Of a stretch of DNA of 35,646 nt, positions 7,826-17,360 are shown in pieces. The DNA is from Candidatus Woesearchaeota archaeon (GTDB taxonomy: Archaea; Nanobdellota; Nanobdellia; Woesearchaeales; B72-G16), in assembly GCA_003650545.1 (NCBI GenBank), contig QMQO01000012.1, positions 1-35,646 on the forward strand, in the 5' to 3' direction. Position numbers and translations under genes: made by a program. The stretch's first letter is position 1. Every line of letters starts with the position of its first letter. Below the pieces are notes generated by a model that was given only the letters and a program-made list of their open reading frames with translations, searched no databases and was not told the DNA's origin.

Positions 7826-8590
7826 ATGGTAATCCCCATGATTAAGCCAATACTTGAAGATCTTGGATTAACAAAGAATGAAATTGCCGTATATTTAGCA
7901 TTAAACAAGATAGGGAATAGTACTGTTTCTTCAATAATAAAACAAGCTAAAATATCTAGTGGTAAAATATATGAGACTTTAGACAAGCTGATAGATAAAG
8001 GACTAGTAAGTGTAAACATAACCAATAACACCAAACATTTTCAGGCTACAAATCTCCAAAGATTAGAAGATTATGCAAAAGAGAAAGAAAATGAATGGAG
8101 ATTAAAACAAAAAGCTATTCAGGGATTATTGCCACAGATAAGTAAATTAAGAATAAAGAAAGAAAAGATTCCATCAGTTAGAATGTATGTCGGGTTAAAG
8201 GGGTTTAAGAATGCGGTCTATGACGCATTAGACTGTATGAAAAAAGGTGAAGTTATATTGGGGATGGGGATAACATCTAAAAAACAAAATAAAGCGTTAA
8301 ACACATTTTGGTTGAATTTCTCAAAAGAAAGAATCAGACGTAGAATAAAAGTAAGAAATCTTTTTTCTGAGAAGGAAAGTGAATTTATTGATGAATTTAA
8401 AAAAATGAAATATACTGAAAATAGGTACTTAGAAAATATCACACCCAATGCTGTAGACATTTTTGGTGATACTGTGTTGATATTCAGTTATGAAAAAACA
8501 CCCAGTGTAGTTACTATAGAAGATGAGAATGTTGCTATTTCATTTAAAGCGTTTTTCAATAGTTTATGGAAGATTGCTAATAAATTATAA
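7826..8590 (+). CDS. TrmB-family transcriptional regulator
   Basis: LEDLGLTKNE..VYLAL...IYETLDKLIDKGLV winged HTH, coiled coil, C-terminal effector-type domain. Confidence 0.9.
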   Translation: MVIPMIKPILEDLGLTKNEIAVYLALNKIGNSTVSSIIKQAKISSGKIYETLDKLIDKGLVSVNITNNTKHFQATNLQRLEDYAKEKENEWRLKQKAIQGLLPQISKLRIKKEKIPSVRMYVGLKGFKNAVYDALDCMKKGEVILGMGITSKKQNKALNTFWLNFSKERIRRRIKVRNLFSEKESEFIDEFKKMKYTENRYLENITPNAVDIFGDTVLIFSYEKTPSVVTIEDENVAISFKAFFNSLWKIANKL

Positions 8591-8591
8591 C

Positions 8592-8678
8592 ACTATCTCT
8601 TCATAATACCATCTCTTCTATAATACTATTTCTCATATTATCTCTTTGTAAGGCTATCTCTCTATAATACTATCTCTT
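8592..8678. repeat. Degenerate repeat (CTATCTCT..ATAATA unit) between convergent genes
   Basis: About six imperfect copies; the last contains the stop codon of the 8670-10334 gene. Confidence 0.75.
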
Positions 8679-10334
8679 AATAAACGCTTCGTATATGAAG
8701 CTCAGATAGCCAGTAACATAGAAAACAGCGTATATCAAAAAGAATAATATAAAGTAAAATGTTATGAATGGATTTGTTAATAATGTTGCTGTTATTGCGG
8801 ATAAATTATAGTCTAATATGCTCATAAAATAAATGAACACATAATATGTAAAAAATAATGTTGATAACGCAGTCATGATTACTATTGCAGCGTTGTAGAA
8901 GTGTTTTGTAAGATAATAACCAACAACGATAGCTATCACGATGTATAACAATGGCAATAGAAGATTCTGGTTGATTATTGTATGTGAAATTATATCAACA
9001 CCTACAAGATTCTTTGCTAGGATCTGCCTGATAGCAAAAGCAGGGATTGTGAAGAATGTAGTGACTGATACAAAAAATAAAATTACAAGTTTTCTAGGAA
9101 CGATAAAGTGCTTCCGCTTATAGATAACACCCCATATCACAGCAGGAATAACCATTAAGAAGAATAAACCAGTTATGTTTAAGATGTAAAGTATTGGCGA
9201 TAAGATCTTCTTGTACAACGGCTCTGCTGACTTAGCATCGTTTATTATTAAGTTGGATATTGGCTGATGTTGCTCAGGATTAAGTTTCTCATAATACAAT
9301 GTATCTATCAGAATTGGCGCTTTATCTGGACCACGGTCATAGCCTATTGTGTAAGGAAGTACGAATAAACCAACATCCACAATCATGAATAAAATCAGAA
9401 TACCTGAAAATGCAAGGGGTAATGTTTTTTTATCTTTAAAAAGCTCTAGAAATTTCTCATAAAAAGCATCCCCCCAGCTACCTAATTTGAATAAAATGTT
9501 TTTCGCTCTAAAACGCTCCTTGTGTTTCCATATTAGATAAGCAAAGAAAAAAATGCCAGTCATTAGTAATGGAGCATCAATGCCAATTGTTAGCCATTCT
9601 AAGGCTTGATTAGCAATGATGATGTAAAAACCTACTAATATAGCATACACAACACAGAATTTAGGGAATGATTTCATATTTTTTGTAATAGAGTAAACCA
9701 AACTTGGTTTTTTGGCGGGTAGATGCTTTACTATATAAAACGCTAATGCGATCATAGAAATCCCTGCTATGATAAAAAGTACTTTTTCATACACTTGAGC
9801 ATATTTTAATATTAGGAAAAAGAAATAGTTTAATGTTGCTGTACGTGCTTTCAGAAGTAATACTGCACTTTCAATCCCATTTGTAACCTTAATGAAGATT
9901 GAGGGATTTGTTATAGAAATAAGGTTAGTTACATTAGTAGATATAACATAGCTAAGGTTCGTAGGAGAAACAGTAGAAGGAATGTACTGAACTGCTGCTT
10001 TTACACCAAGAGGAACCTGCTCAACAATGTATGGCGTTATTTTTAAAGTAAGTTTTCCTATAGAACCTATGAATTTATAAAACGCGAATAGAAAATAAGT
10101 AAAGATCATTAAGAAGTCTAAATTTTTGTTTTCATTATTAAAGAATATCTTAGTTATACTGATTTTATATAAAAGGTAAAATAACGCTGTATAAGAGATT
10201 ATTTTTTTTATGTAGCTTACTTCTGCAGGGAGAAGCTCAAGAAAATCAAATATATTTAGAAGAATTAAAATAATTATTAGAATCTCTGCAGCATATAGCC
10301 TTATGTAGTTAACACCTCCTTTTAAATATTTCAT
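8670..10334 (-). CDS. Hypothetical multi-pass membrane protein (about 12-13 hydrophobic segments)
   Basis: 554-aa ORF with alternating hydrophobic helices and two soluble loops; no family recognised. Confidence 0.8.
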   Translation of the reverse strand: MKYLKGGVNYIRLYAAEILIIILILLNIFDFLELLPAEVSYIKKIISYTALFYLLYKISITKIFFNNENKNLDFLMIFTYFLFAFYKFIGSIGKLTLKITPYIVEQVPLGVKAAVQYIPSTVSPTNLSYVISTNVTNLISITNPSIFIKVTNGIESAVLLLKARTATLNYFFFLILKYAQVYEKVLFIIAGISMIALAFYIVKHLPAKKPSLVYSITKNMKSFPKFCVVYAILVGFYIIIANQALEWLTIGIDAPLLMTGIFFFAYLIWKHKERFRAKNILFKLGSWGDAFYEKFLELFKDKKTLPLAFSGILILFMIVDVGLFVLPYTIGYDRGPDKAPILIDTLYYEKLNPEQHQPISNLIINDAKSAEPLYKKILSPILYILNITGLFFLMVIPAVIWGVIYKRKHFIVPRKLVILFFVSVTTFFTIPAFAIRQILAKNLVGVDIISHTIINQNLLLPLLYIVIAIVVGYYLTKHFYNAAIVIMTALSTLFFTYYVFIYFMSILDYNLSAITATLLTNPFITFYFILFFLIYAVFYVTGYLSFIYEAFIKR

Positions 10335-10546
10335 GACTCTAGTTTATGAGGATTGCTATTTAAAAGTTGTGGTAAACAATGTTAAACTGAAGAAATCATA
10401 AAATATTTTTAATGATAAAAAATTCAATTTAAAATTCAATTTCTCAAAACAAATTTAATGTTAAAATATAGAAACAAAAATATAGAAACATAGAAATAAT
10501 ATAAAATTTATTTAATAAAAAATATTTTATTTAATAAAAAATTTAT

Positions 10547-10822
10547 CTATAACATCGCTCTTATCTGCTCAATTTTGTTTGCTATCTCTTCACCCTTATC
10601 TGTCAAGGATAAAAGTTTGAGCCTCCCTTGCTTGTCAAAGTTGATCAACTGAGACTTCTCCATTTGCTGTAGAATCTTAACAACATGTGAATAGGTACAA
10701 TCGATGCTTTTAGCAAGAGAGCTTGCATAAATCGATGCTTTTGCATTCTTTAGCTGAACTAACATCATAGCTGGCTTTTCTCGGAAAAAAACATTAAAGA
10801 TTGCTTTGTTCTTCATCATCAT
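10547..10822 (-). CDS. Small winged-HTH DNA-binding protein (MarR/ArsR-like)
   Basis: ASSLAKSIDCTYSHVVKIL helix-turn-helix and KQGRLKLLSLTDKG wing; GGGGG RBS upstream. Confidence 0.85.
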   Translation of the reverse strand: MMMKNKAIFNVFFREKPAMMLVQLKNAKASIYASSLAKSIDCTYSHVVKILQQMEKSQLINFDKQGRLKLLSLTDKGEEIANKIEQIRAML

Positions 10823-11013
10823 TATAACCCCCTATTCGATATATATAATAATTCGTATATGATTTAGTATATATAATGAAATCAACTAGTAATATTTAAA
10901 TGTTTCTATTTATTAGTGAGTAAAGTTACTATTACTACGATGTATATATTGGAGAATGCAATATAGCCTTCGCGATAATCTTAAATAAGTTGGTCAAATT
11001 GAAAAACATAAAG

Positions 11014-12894
11014 ATGTTATTTCCTTACAAAAATGTTAGAAAGGAACAGGACAAATTAATAAAATTGGTTGAAGATGTTATCAACCGCAACTCAAATCTG
11101 ATTGCACACGCTCCTACGGGTTTAGGAAAAACAGTTGCAACGCTAGCACCTGCATTGGACTATGCAATAAGGAATGACATGTCTATTTTATTTCTAACAT
11201 CAAGACACACACAACATCTGATTGCATTAGAAACACTAAAGTTGATAAAAGAAAAATTTAAGCAAGACATTGTTGTAACTAGTATGGTTGGAAAGAAGTG
11301 GCTTTGTGTGCAGCCAGGTGTTGCAACACTAAGAAGTTCTGAGTTTAATGAGTATTGTAGAAAGGTTCGCGAAGATAACAAATGTAACTTTTATTTAAAT
11401 ACGAAGAAAGGAGATCTAACGCTTAAAGCAAAGCTGCTTGTTGAACAACTGGAAAAACTTAGTCCACTTTCATCAGAAAATGTTGTTGAGTATGCTAAAG
11501 ATAAAAAACTTTGTCCTTATGAAATATCAATTGCTCTAGCAAAGAGATCTAAGGTTATAATTGCAGACTATTATTATGTATTCCATCCTAACATCAGCAA
11601 TAGATTCCTCAACAAGATCAATAAAAGTTTAAATGAATTCATTGTTATCATTGATGAAGGACATAATCTGCCAGCACGTATTCGCGATTTAATGACAGCG
11701 AAGATGAGTAATATTATATTAGAACGTGCGATTAAGGAAGCGCAAAAAATGAGGTTTGAAGAATCTGCTGAAATATTGAAGAATATAAAAGAGATTATTA
11801 TAAGTATGGCAGAGGATGTCGAAAATGAAAAGTATGTGAAAAAGGAAGACTTCTTGAATAAAATGAAGATATTGGATATCGATTATGAACAGTTGATTGC
11901 GGATCTTGAGTTTGTTGCTGACGAAATAAGAGAAATCCAAAAACAGAGCGCAATCGGTTTTGTTGCTGCTTTTCTTGAACAATGGCTTGGCCCAGACGAT
12001 GGTTTTGTCAGAATAATCAGCAAAGATGAAAAAAGGGTTGTTCTTAGCTATCGTTGTCTTGATCCTAGCTTAGCAACAAAACACGTGATTGACCAAGCTC
12101 ACTCTGTTATAATGATGAGTGGCACATTAATGCCAACAGATATGTATAAAGAGTTACTTGGCTTTGAAGAAGCTGAATTAGCAGAATTTGACAACCCATT
12201 TCCAAAAAAGAACAGGCTTAACTTAATAGTGCCAAAGACAACAACCAAGTTTACAATGAGAAATGAGCAACAATTTAAGGATATTGCAAAAGTATGTTCA
12301 GATATTGTGAACAATATCAATGGGAATTGTGCTATTTTTTTTCCAAGTTACTATTTATTGAATGCTGTTAATAAGTTCTTTGTTAATCTTTGTGAAAAAA
12401 CAACGTTTGAAGAGCATCAGAAAATGACTAAACAAGACAAAATAAGCATGCTCGACGGTTTTAAGGAGTATCAAGACACTGGTGCTGTTCTTCTGGCGGT
12501 TATTGGTGGAAATTTCTCAGAGGGTATAGATCTCCCTGGAGACTTATTAAAAGCAGTTATTGTTGTCGGACTACCTTTACAACGGCCGGATCTTGAAACG
12601 AAGAAGTTGATAGAATATTACGATAAGAAATTCGGTAAGGGGTGGGACTATGGTTATGTGTTTCCAGCTTTTTCTAAAGCGTTGCAATCTGCAGGAAGAT
12701 GTATCAGAAGCAGCGAAGATAAAGGGGCGATTGTTTTTTTGGACGAGCGTTACGCATGGCCTAATTACGTCAGATGTTTTCCTGACGACATTGATTTGAA
12801 GATTAGCAAAAATTATTTGAGAAAAATAACTGATTTCTTTAAAGGAGAGCAAAAGGATTTAGGAGAATTTGTTCACGTAAAAAGAAATGATTGA
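11014..12894 (+). CDS. xpd: XPD/Rad3-family Fe-S DNA helicase
   Basis: Q motif RKEQ, Walker A APTGLGKT, four Fe-S cysteines (WLC, EYC, KCNF, LCPY), DEGHN, SGT, EGID, QSAGRCIR. Start placed at the first ATG. Confidence 0.92.
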   Translation: MLFPYKNVRKEQDKLIKLVEDVINRNSNLIAHAPTGLGKTVATLAPALDYAIRNDMSILFLTSRHTQHLIALETLKLIKEKFKQDIVVTSMVGKKWLCVQPGVATLRSSEFNEYCRKVREDNKCNFYLNTKKGDLTLKAKLLVEQLEKLSPLSSENVVEYAKDKKLCPYEISIALAKRSKVIIADYYYVFHPNISNRFLNKINKSLNEFIVIIDEGHNLPARIRDLMTAKMSNIILERAIKEAQKMRFEESAEILKNIKEIIISMAEDVENEKYVKKEDFLNKMKILDIDYEQLIADLEFVADEIREIQKQSAIGFVAAFLEQWLGPDDGFVRIISKDEKRVVLSYRCLDPSLATKHVIDQAHSVIMMSGTLMPTDMYKELLGFEEAELAEFDNPFPKKNRLNLIVPKTTTKFTMRNEQQFKDIAKVCSDIVNNINGNCAIFFPSYYLLNAVNKFFVNLCEKTTFEEHQKMTKQDKISMLDGFKEYQDTGAVLLAVIGGNFSEGIDLPGDLLKAVIVVGLPLQRPDLETKKLIEYYDKKFGKGWDYGYVFPAFSKALQSAGRCIRSSEDKGAIVFLDERYAWPNYVRCFPDDIDLKISKNYLRKITDFFKGEQKDLGEFVHVKRND

Positions 12895-13006
12895 GAATTA
12901 CTTAGATGAAAACTTATAAATCAATGTATAAGATGTATAAGTTATGTATAAGTTAATTATTCTTCATCACAATTAAATTTAAATAAAACAAAAAAATAAA
13001 AATCAT

Positions 13007-14362
13007 ATGGATATCTTGTTTAGTTTGCAAAAAGATGGTATTAGAGTTAAATTCGAGAATAGAATATATAATCTGAAATATCCAAAAAAAATTTTCCAAA
13101 AATATCCAACGGCTATAAAAAAAAGTTGGTTTGATAACTTCGCCTATTTATCAACATTGGTTCTTCCTTTTGTTAATCCACGTGTTAATTCATTAAGGTA
13201 TAATACATCTTATCCTTTTTTTAAGTCTAGTTTTGATAAAATAATCTATGAAGGTATCCCTTCTGCTTACACAGACTTTAGTGAAAATGCAAAAGAGTTT
13301 TATAGAAGATTTGTTAACATTAATTATTCTTTTGCTAATTTCAAGATAAAACAGATTCCTAAATATAAACATAAGATGAAGAATAGAGCGGTTGTGGCAT
13401 ATTCTATTGGTAAAGATAGTCAGCTTACATTAGGAGTTGCAAATGAGCTTGGGTTAAAACCTGTAATAATTTATGTGAATGACATGGTTTCACCATCAGA
13501 GAATAAACTAAAGATTGAGTATAGCAAAGCAACTGCCCGTGACCTTGGTCTTGATTTTGTTGAGATTAAAAATGAACTAGAGATACTGAATGATTTTGAA
13601 ACATGGGATAGTCAAGAAACATGTATAAACTACATGCACTTGGTGACAAGCTTTGTGTTTGCTTCTTTACCTGTTGCACATAGCTATAAAGCCAAGTATA
13701 TTTTTATTGGTAACCAAGCAGATATGAGCAGTTCATTTGAGACAAAGCATGGTTATGTTGTGAATCCGTCTACAGATCAGACAATAGAAGCGACTACAGA
13801 ACATAATAGGATGGCTAAATTACTGACTAGCAACCAGACGGGCGTTTATTCTCTGATAAGACCGTTATATAATATTGCGATTACTAAAGTTCTGTTCAGC
13901 AGATACCCTGAAATTGCAAAGTATAACAGCAGTTGTTGTTGTCTAGATGTAAATGATGAAAAAAGATGGTGTCATGAGTGCAGCAGCTGTACAAGAACAA
14001 GTATTTATCTTTTGGCTTTAGGTATCGATCCAAAATTAGTTGGCCTTAGGAGTAAGTTCCTTGATAAAAAACATAAAAAATTTTATACTTTGTTTGATAG
14101 GAAGAGTAAGGATGTCGATGCAGATGATTATACAGACGTTGCAATCGAACAGCAAATGCTTGGATTTTATATGGCTTATAAGAATGGACATAAAGGTTAT
14201 CTGATTGATCTGTTTAAGAGAAAGTTTTTAGACGAAGCTAAGAATCGAGAAGATGAATTGTATAAAAAATATTTCTCTGTTTATGATACACCTGATATTC
14301 CCCGTGAACTGAAGAACAGAGTTATCAATATTTATAAAGAAGAATTGGAAGAGTTTAGATAA
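13007..14362 (+). CDS. PP-loop ATPase resembling the MurL (UDP-MurNAc-L-Ala-L-Glu epimerase) family
   Basis: PP-loop SIGKDS, GNQ...VN.S, YSLIRPL, SSC...WC..C..C zinc site; length about 450 aa. Confidence 0.6.
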   Translation: MDILFSLQKDGIRVKFENRIYNLKYPKKIFQKYPTAIKKSWFDNFAYLSTLVLPFVNPRVNSLRYNTSYPFFKSSFDKIIYEGIPSAYTDFSENAKEFYRRFVNINYSFANFKIKQIPKYKHKMKNRAVVAYSIGKDSQLTLGVANELGLKPVIIYVNDMVSPSENKLKIEYSKATARDLGLDFVEIKNELEILNDFETWDSQETCINYMHLVTSFVFASLPVAHSYKAKYIFIGNQADMSSSFETKHGYVVNPSTDQTIEATTEHNRMAKLLTSNQTGVYSLIRPLYNIAITKVLFSRYPEIAKYNSSCCCLDVNDEKRWCHECSSCTRTSIYLLALGIDPKLVGLRSKFLDKKHKKFYTLFDRKSKDVDADDYTDVAIEQQMLGFYMAYKNGHKGYLIDLFKRKFLDEAKNREDELYKKYFSVYDTPDIPRELKNRVINIYKEELEEFR

Positions 14363-15593
14363 AACTACTAAGCTTTCTTTGGTGTTTAAGATTCTTTAGA
14401 AGAACACTGTTTCTTAGTAAGTTGTTTATATCATAGTTGAATTTTTTTTTGACGAGTTTTTCAGCATAAAGATGCATGAGTTCTTTTGAAGCAAACACTA
14501 TTGGTTTAGCTTTCATTGCTTTTCTTGTGGCTTCTCGTACAACCCAGACACCTAATGGTGCAGCATATTCCCCTGTGATGAAACGTAAAGCTAGTACAGA
14601 AGCCTGTCTTTTTAGTTTTGCTAAATGCTCGACTATACCAATACGTGTTGCATAAAAGCCTCCTGCACAATTCTCTGCGTAAGTTTTTCTGCCAGAATAA
14701 GGTTCATAATCTGTTGTAAATGCTAGTTCGTTAGTTTTGTTCCAGCTAGCGCCAGGTGCATATGTTTCGAATAACTCATAACTCCATACTTCAGGGTAGC
14801 AAAGAATCAGATAGTAATTACCAAGGTAACCACCGAAAAAAGCTGTATAGGTATCCAATTCCTTATAGTCTTTAATTTTTTTCATAATATTTTTTGCAAT
14901 TGTGTCGTCACATGCTGTGATCGACCACATTGTTGGGACTAATCTACGTTGTGTTTTAACACCAAGATTACCTATACTCAACATTTTACTCAAAAAATTT
15001 TCATCAAAGCCAGACTTAAATAGATAGTATATTGCGTCTGCTGTCTTTAAATCAACATCACTGACAACCTTGTCAACTTTAGTATGTACCTTTGGATTGC
15101 TTGTCAATTCCAACTGCTGTAATTTTGCGTTTGGACCATGAGGAGCTTCGATGTGAGCTGTGTTTAATCTAAATTTGGGTTTATCTTTTAGTTTTAATTC
15201 TACACCAACAGGTTTACTTGCCATTCCTATCTCTTGACCCAATTCTAAAAAGCGATTGTCGAATTGCCGTATGTTTTGCTTAAAGCGGGAATTGATTAAA
15301 CTAGATCTTATTTCTATGAGTTCACGAATGTCATAACCTTCATTAGCCCACATACTAGGATTATCTAATGTGTCTGATGGTCTTGTCAGCTCCTGTGGAG
15401 CCATCACACCAACATTTACGTAGGGATAACCATATCTTCCAACAAATACTGTAGGACTAACTGAGCTGAAATCTGTTGCTTTAAATTGTCTTGACTTTAC
15501 TAAAGTTTCAGCTCTAACAACTATTGGACAGAAGTCTCGCCCACAAGCTTGCTTTGGGTAGCGCCCTTTACATTGTATACAAGGAATCTTCAT
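14355..15593 (-). CDS. nreA: Nre-family archaeal DNA repair protein
   Basis: N-terminal C..CKG....CG...CP, SPTVFVGRYGYP.V, RRLVPT.WSITA.D, GVWVVRE and C-terminal PIP box QRKLSSF. Confidence 0.93.
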   Translation of the reverse strand: MKIPCIQCKGRYPKQACGRDFCPIVVRAETLVKSRQFKATDFSSVSPTVFVGRYGYPYVNVGVMAPQELTRPSDTLDNPSMWANEGYDIRELIEIRSSLINSRFKQNIRQFDNRFLELGQEIGMASKPVGVELKLKDKPKFRLNTAHIEAPHGPNAKLQQLELTSNPKVHTKVDKVVSDVDLKTADAIYYLFKSGFDENFLSKMLSIGNLGVKTQRRLVPTMWSITACDDTIAKNIMKKIKDYKELDTYTAFFGGYLGNYYLILCYPEVWSYELFETYAPGASWNKTNELAFTTDYEPYSGRKTYAENCAGGFYATRIGIVEHLAKLKRQASVLALRFITGEYAAPLGVWVVREATRKAMKAKPIVFASKELMHLYAEKLVKKKFNYDINNLLRNSVLLKNLKHQRKLSSFI

Positions 15594-15717
15594 ACTATAT
15601 GCTAGAGTATAAGAATATATTAAATTTATGTTGACATATGTTGAGACGAGTCAAGTAAAAGGACACTAAAGCTTTCTGATTAATGTCTAATGCCTTTCTG
15701 ATTAATGCCTAATGCCA

Positions 15718-16533
15718 TTATATTTTTAAATTTTTATATATCAATTCAAGATCAGGGATTACTGCCTCGAAATCACTAATATCGTCAACTTCTTTATACC
15801 TGATAAACTGAGGCATCACACCAAGATGATAAATTTTTTGCATCGAGCTGCCAATTCTTTTTTTAATCTTCGGGTCGGTTGTGAAAATATCCATCTCATT
15901 TTTGCTTATAGCACTGCCTGTATCACAACCAAGAACAAATCCCTTCCCTTTAGTATCAGAAAGGGCAGGAATATAGAAAATACTTCCTAGATGCTCCCTC
16001 GGTACAGCCACGGTTAGATGTTCTCTTGCAAATCTACCACATTTCATTCTGCCTAGATTAATGCTATCGATTGTTTTACCATTTTGTGTTGGATCATAAG
16101 CATCATAATATGTTAAATGAAACTCTAATGGAGTTGGTTCTTTATTAAGTTTTATTTTTTCATTAAGAAAATCACTTATTTCCGGCTCGTTAAGTGTTCT
16201 GATAATAGTTTCTGATTTTTCTGTTGAAAAATCTTGATGCACTTTATTATTTGTTATATTTGTTATATTTTGTATGTATGTTTTTGCTGTAGATTGTGTT
16301 ATATTTTTTTGGTCTGTTCTTGTTGCTGCAAGATATGCTGCTAGTGTTAATGGTATAACTGCAGCTGCCAGGGCTTTATTATAATCGTGTCTTTTTTTCT
16401 CAAGCTGGTAGATGTGGATTTCTTGATCAGGGCAAACCCTAATCACATACTTTATTCCCTTAGGCATACTTAGCACTAAACCTTTTGACCCATCCAACAT
16501 CTGCAATATTTGACTATTGTGAAGTGGTAGCAT
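15718..16533 (-). CDS. Membrane-anchored protein with a 3D (MltA-like double-psi barrel) domain
   Basis: Hydrophobic ALAAAVIPLTLAAYLAA segment, then LTYY...TVAVP...LGS.FYIP...DTGSAI...MDIF. Start codon uncertain. Confidence 0.65.
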   Translation of the reverse strand: MLPLHNSQILQMLDGSKGLVLSMPKGIKYVIRVCPDQEIHIYQLEKKRHDYNKALAAAVIPLTLAAYLAATRTDQKNITQSTAKTYIQNITNITNNKVHQDFSTEKSETIIRTLNEPEISDFLNEKIKLNKEPTPLEFHLTYYDAYDPTQNGKTIDSINLGRMKCGRFAREHLTVAVPREHLGSIFYIPALSDTKGKGFVLGCDTGSAISKNEMDIFTTDPKIKKRIGSSMQKIYHLGVMPQFIRYKEVDDISDFEAVIPDLELIYKNLKI

Positions 16534-16738
16534 ATTATTGGTTGTTAAAGAAATTATATATAAAACTTTTGGTTTTGACTGTTGGCTGGTTTTGTTTTGT
16601 TGCTATTGCGTGTGATTTGTTATTGCGTGTGATTTGGTTGTCTGTTTTTCCTTCTTTTATTCTGAAATCACAAAACAAGGAATCATCACTAGAAATTACT
16701 AGTTAAATTTACTGGCATTAGATCTATTGGCAAATGTT

Positions 16739-17242
16739 TTACTGTGCAGTGATTAGTTCTCCCTTACAATAATGAGAATAGAAATTTAGCTGCTCAATGT
16801 CATTTATCTGCTGTAGTTCTGTAAGAGGGATCTTACAACTAATCTTATTATTCATGATGTCTTCTAATTTTTCTTTTGCAGCTGCTGCATTTTGTTCAAT
16901 CTGCTCTTTTATCTCTGGATTTTTTGTTATCTCTGCTTTTACTGCTGCATCGAACTTATGTAGATCTAAATCTATAATAATAAGCTCTACCTTACAAGCG
17001 TCTCTCTTTAGACCTTTTGACTTCACAATCATAGAAAGATCGTATAAATTAGAAACTTTATTGATTTGTAATTGTGCCGGATGACATACGCTAAAGCTCA
17101 TGAGAAATGGTTGCTGACAATCTTTGTCTCCTGCTGAACAAGAACCAAAGTTTTGTAACTTCACACAGCCTGTTAAAAGTAACACAGCTATCGTCAGCAA
17201 AATCAGCAAGACAATCATAGCTTTTGTTTTTATTTTTACCAT
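16739..17242 (-). CDS. Hypothetical lipoprotein with several cysteines
   Basis: Basic N-terminus, hydrophobic core and LLTGC lipobox; start placed at ATG 17242. Confidence 0.75.
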   Translation of the reverse strand: MVKIKTKAMIVLLILLTIAVLLLTGCVKLQNFGSCSAGDKDCQQPFLMSFSVCHPAQLQINKVSNLYDLSMIVKSKGLKRDACKVELIIIDLDLHKFDAAVKAEITKNPEIKEQIEQNAAAAKEKLEDIMNNKISCKIPLTELQQINDIEQLNFYSHYCKGELITAQ

Positions 17243-17360
17243 CTCTTTATAAAAAATCAAAAAGCATATAAAAAACTTTCTTTTTGTTGTTTTTTGTTGT
17301 CTGAAAGTAAAGCAAAGTTAAACCAAAAATAGTTAAACCAAAAATATAAAAGAGTGAAAG

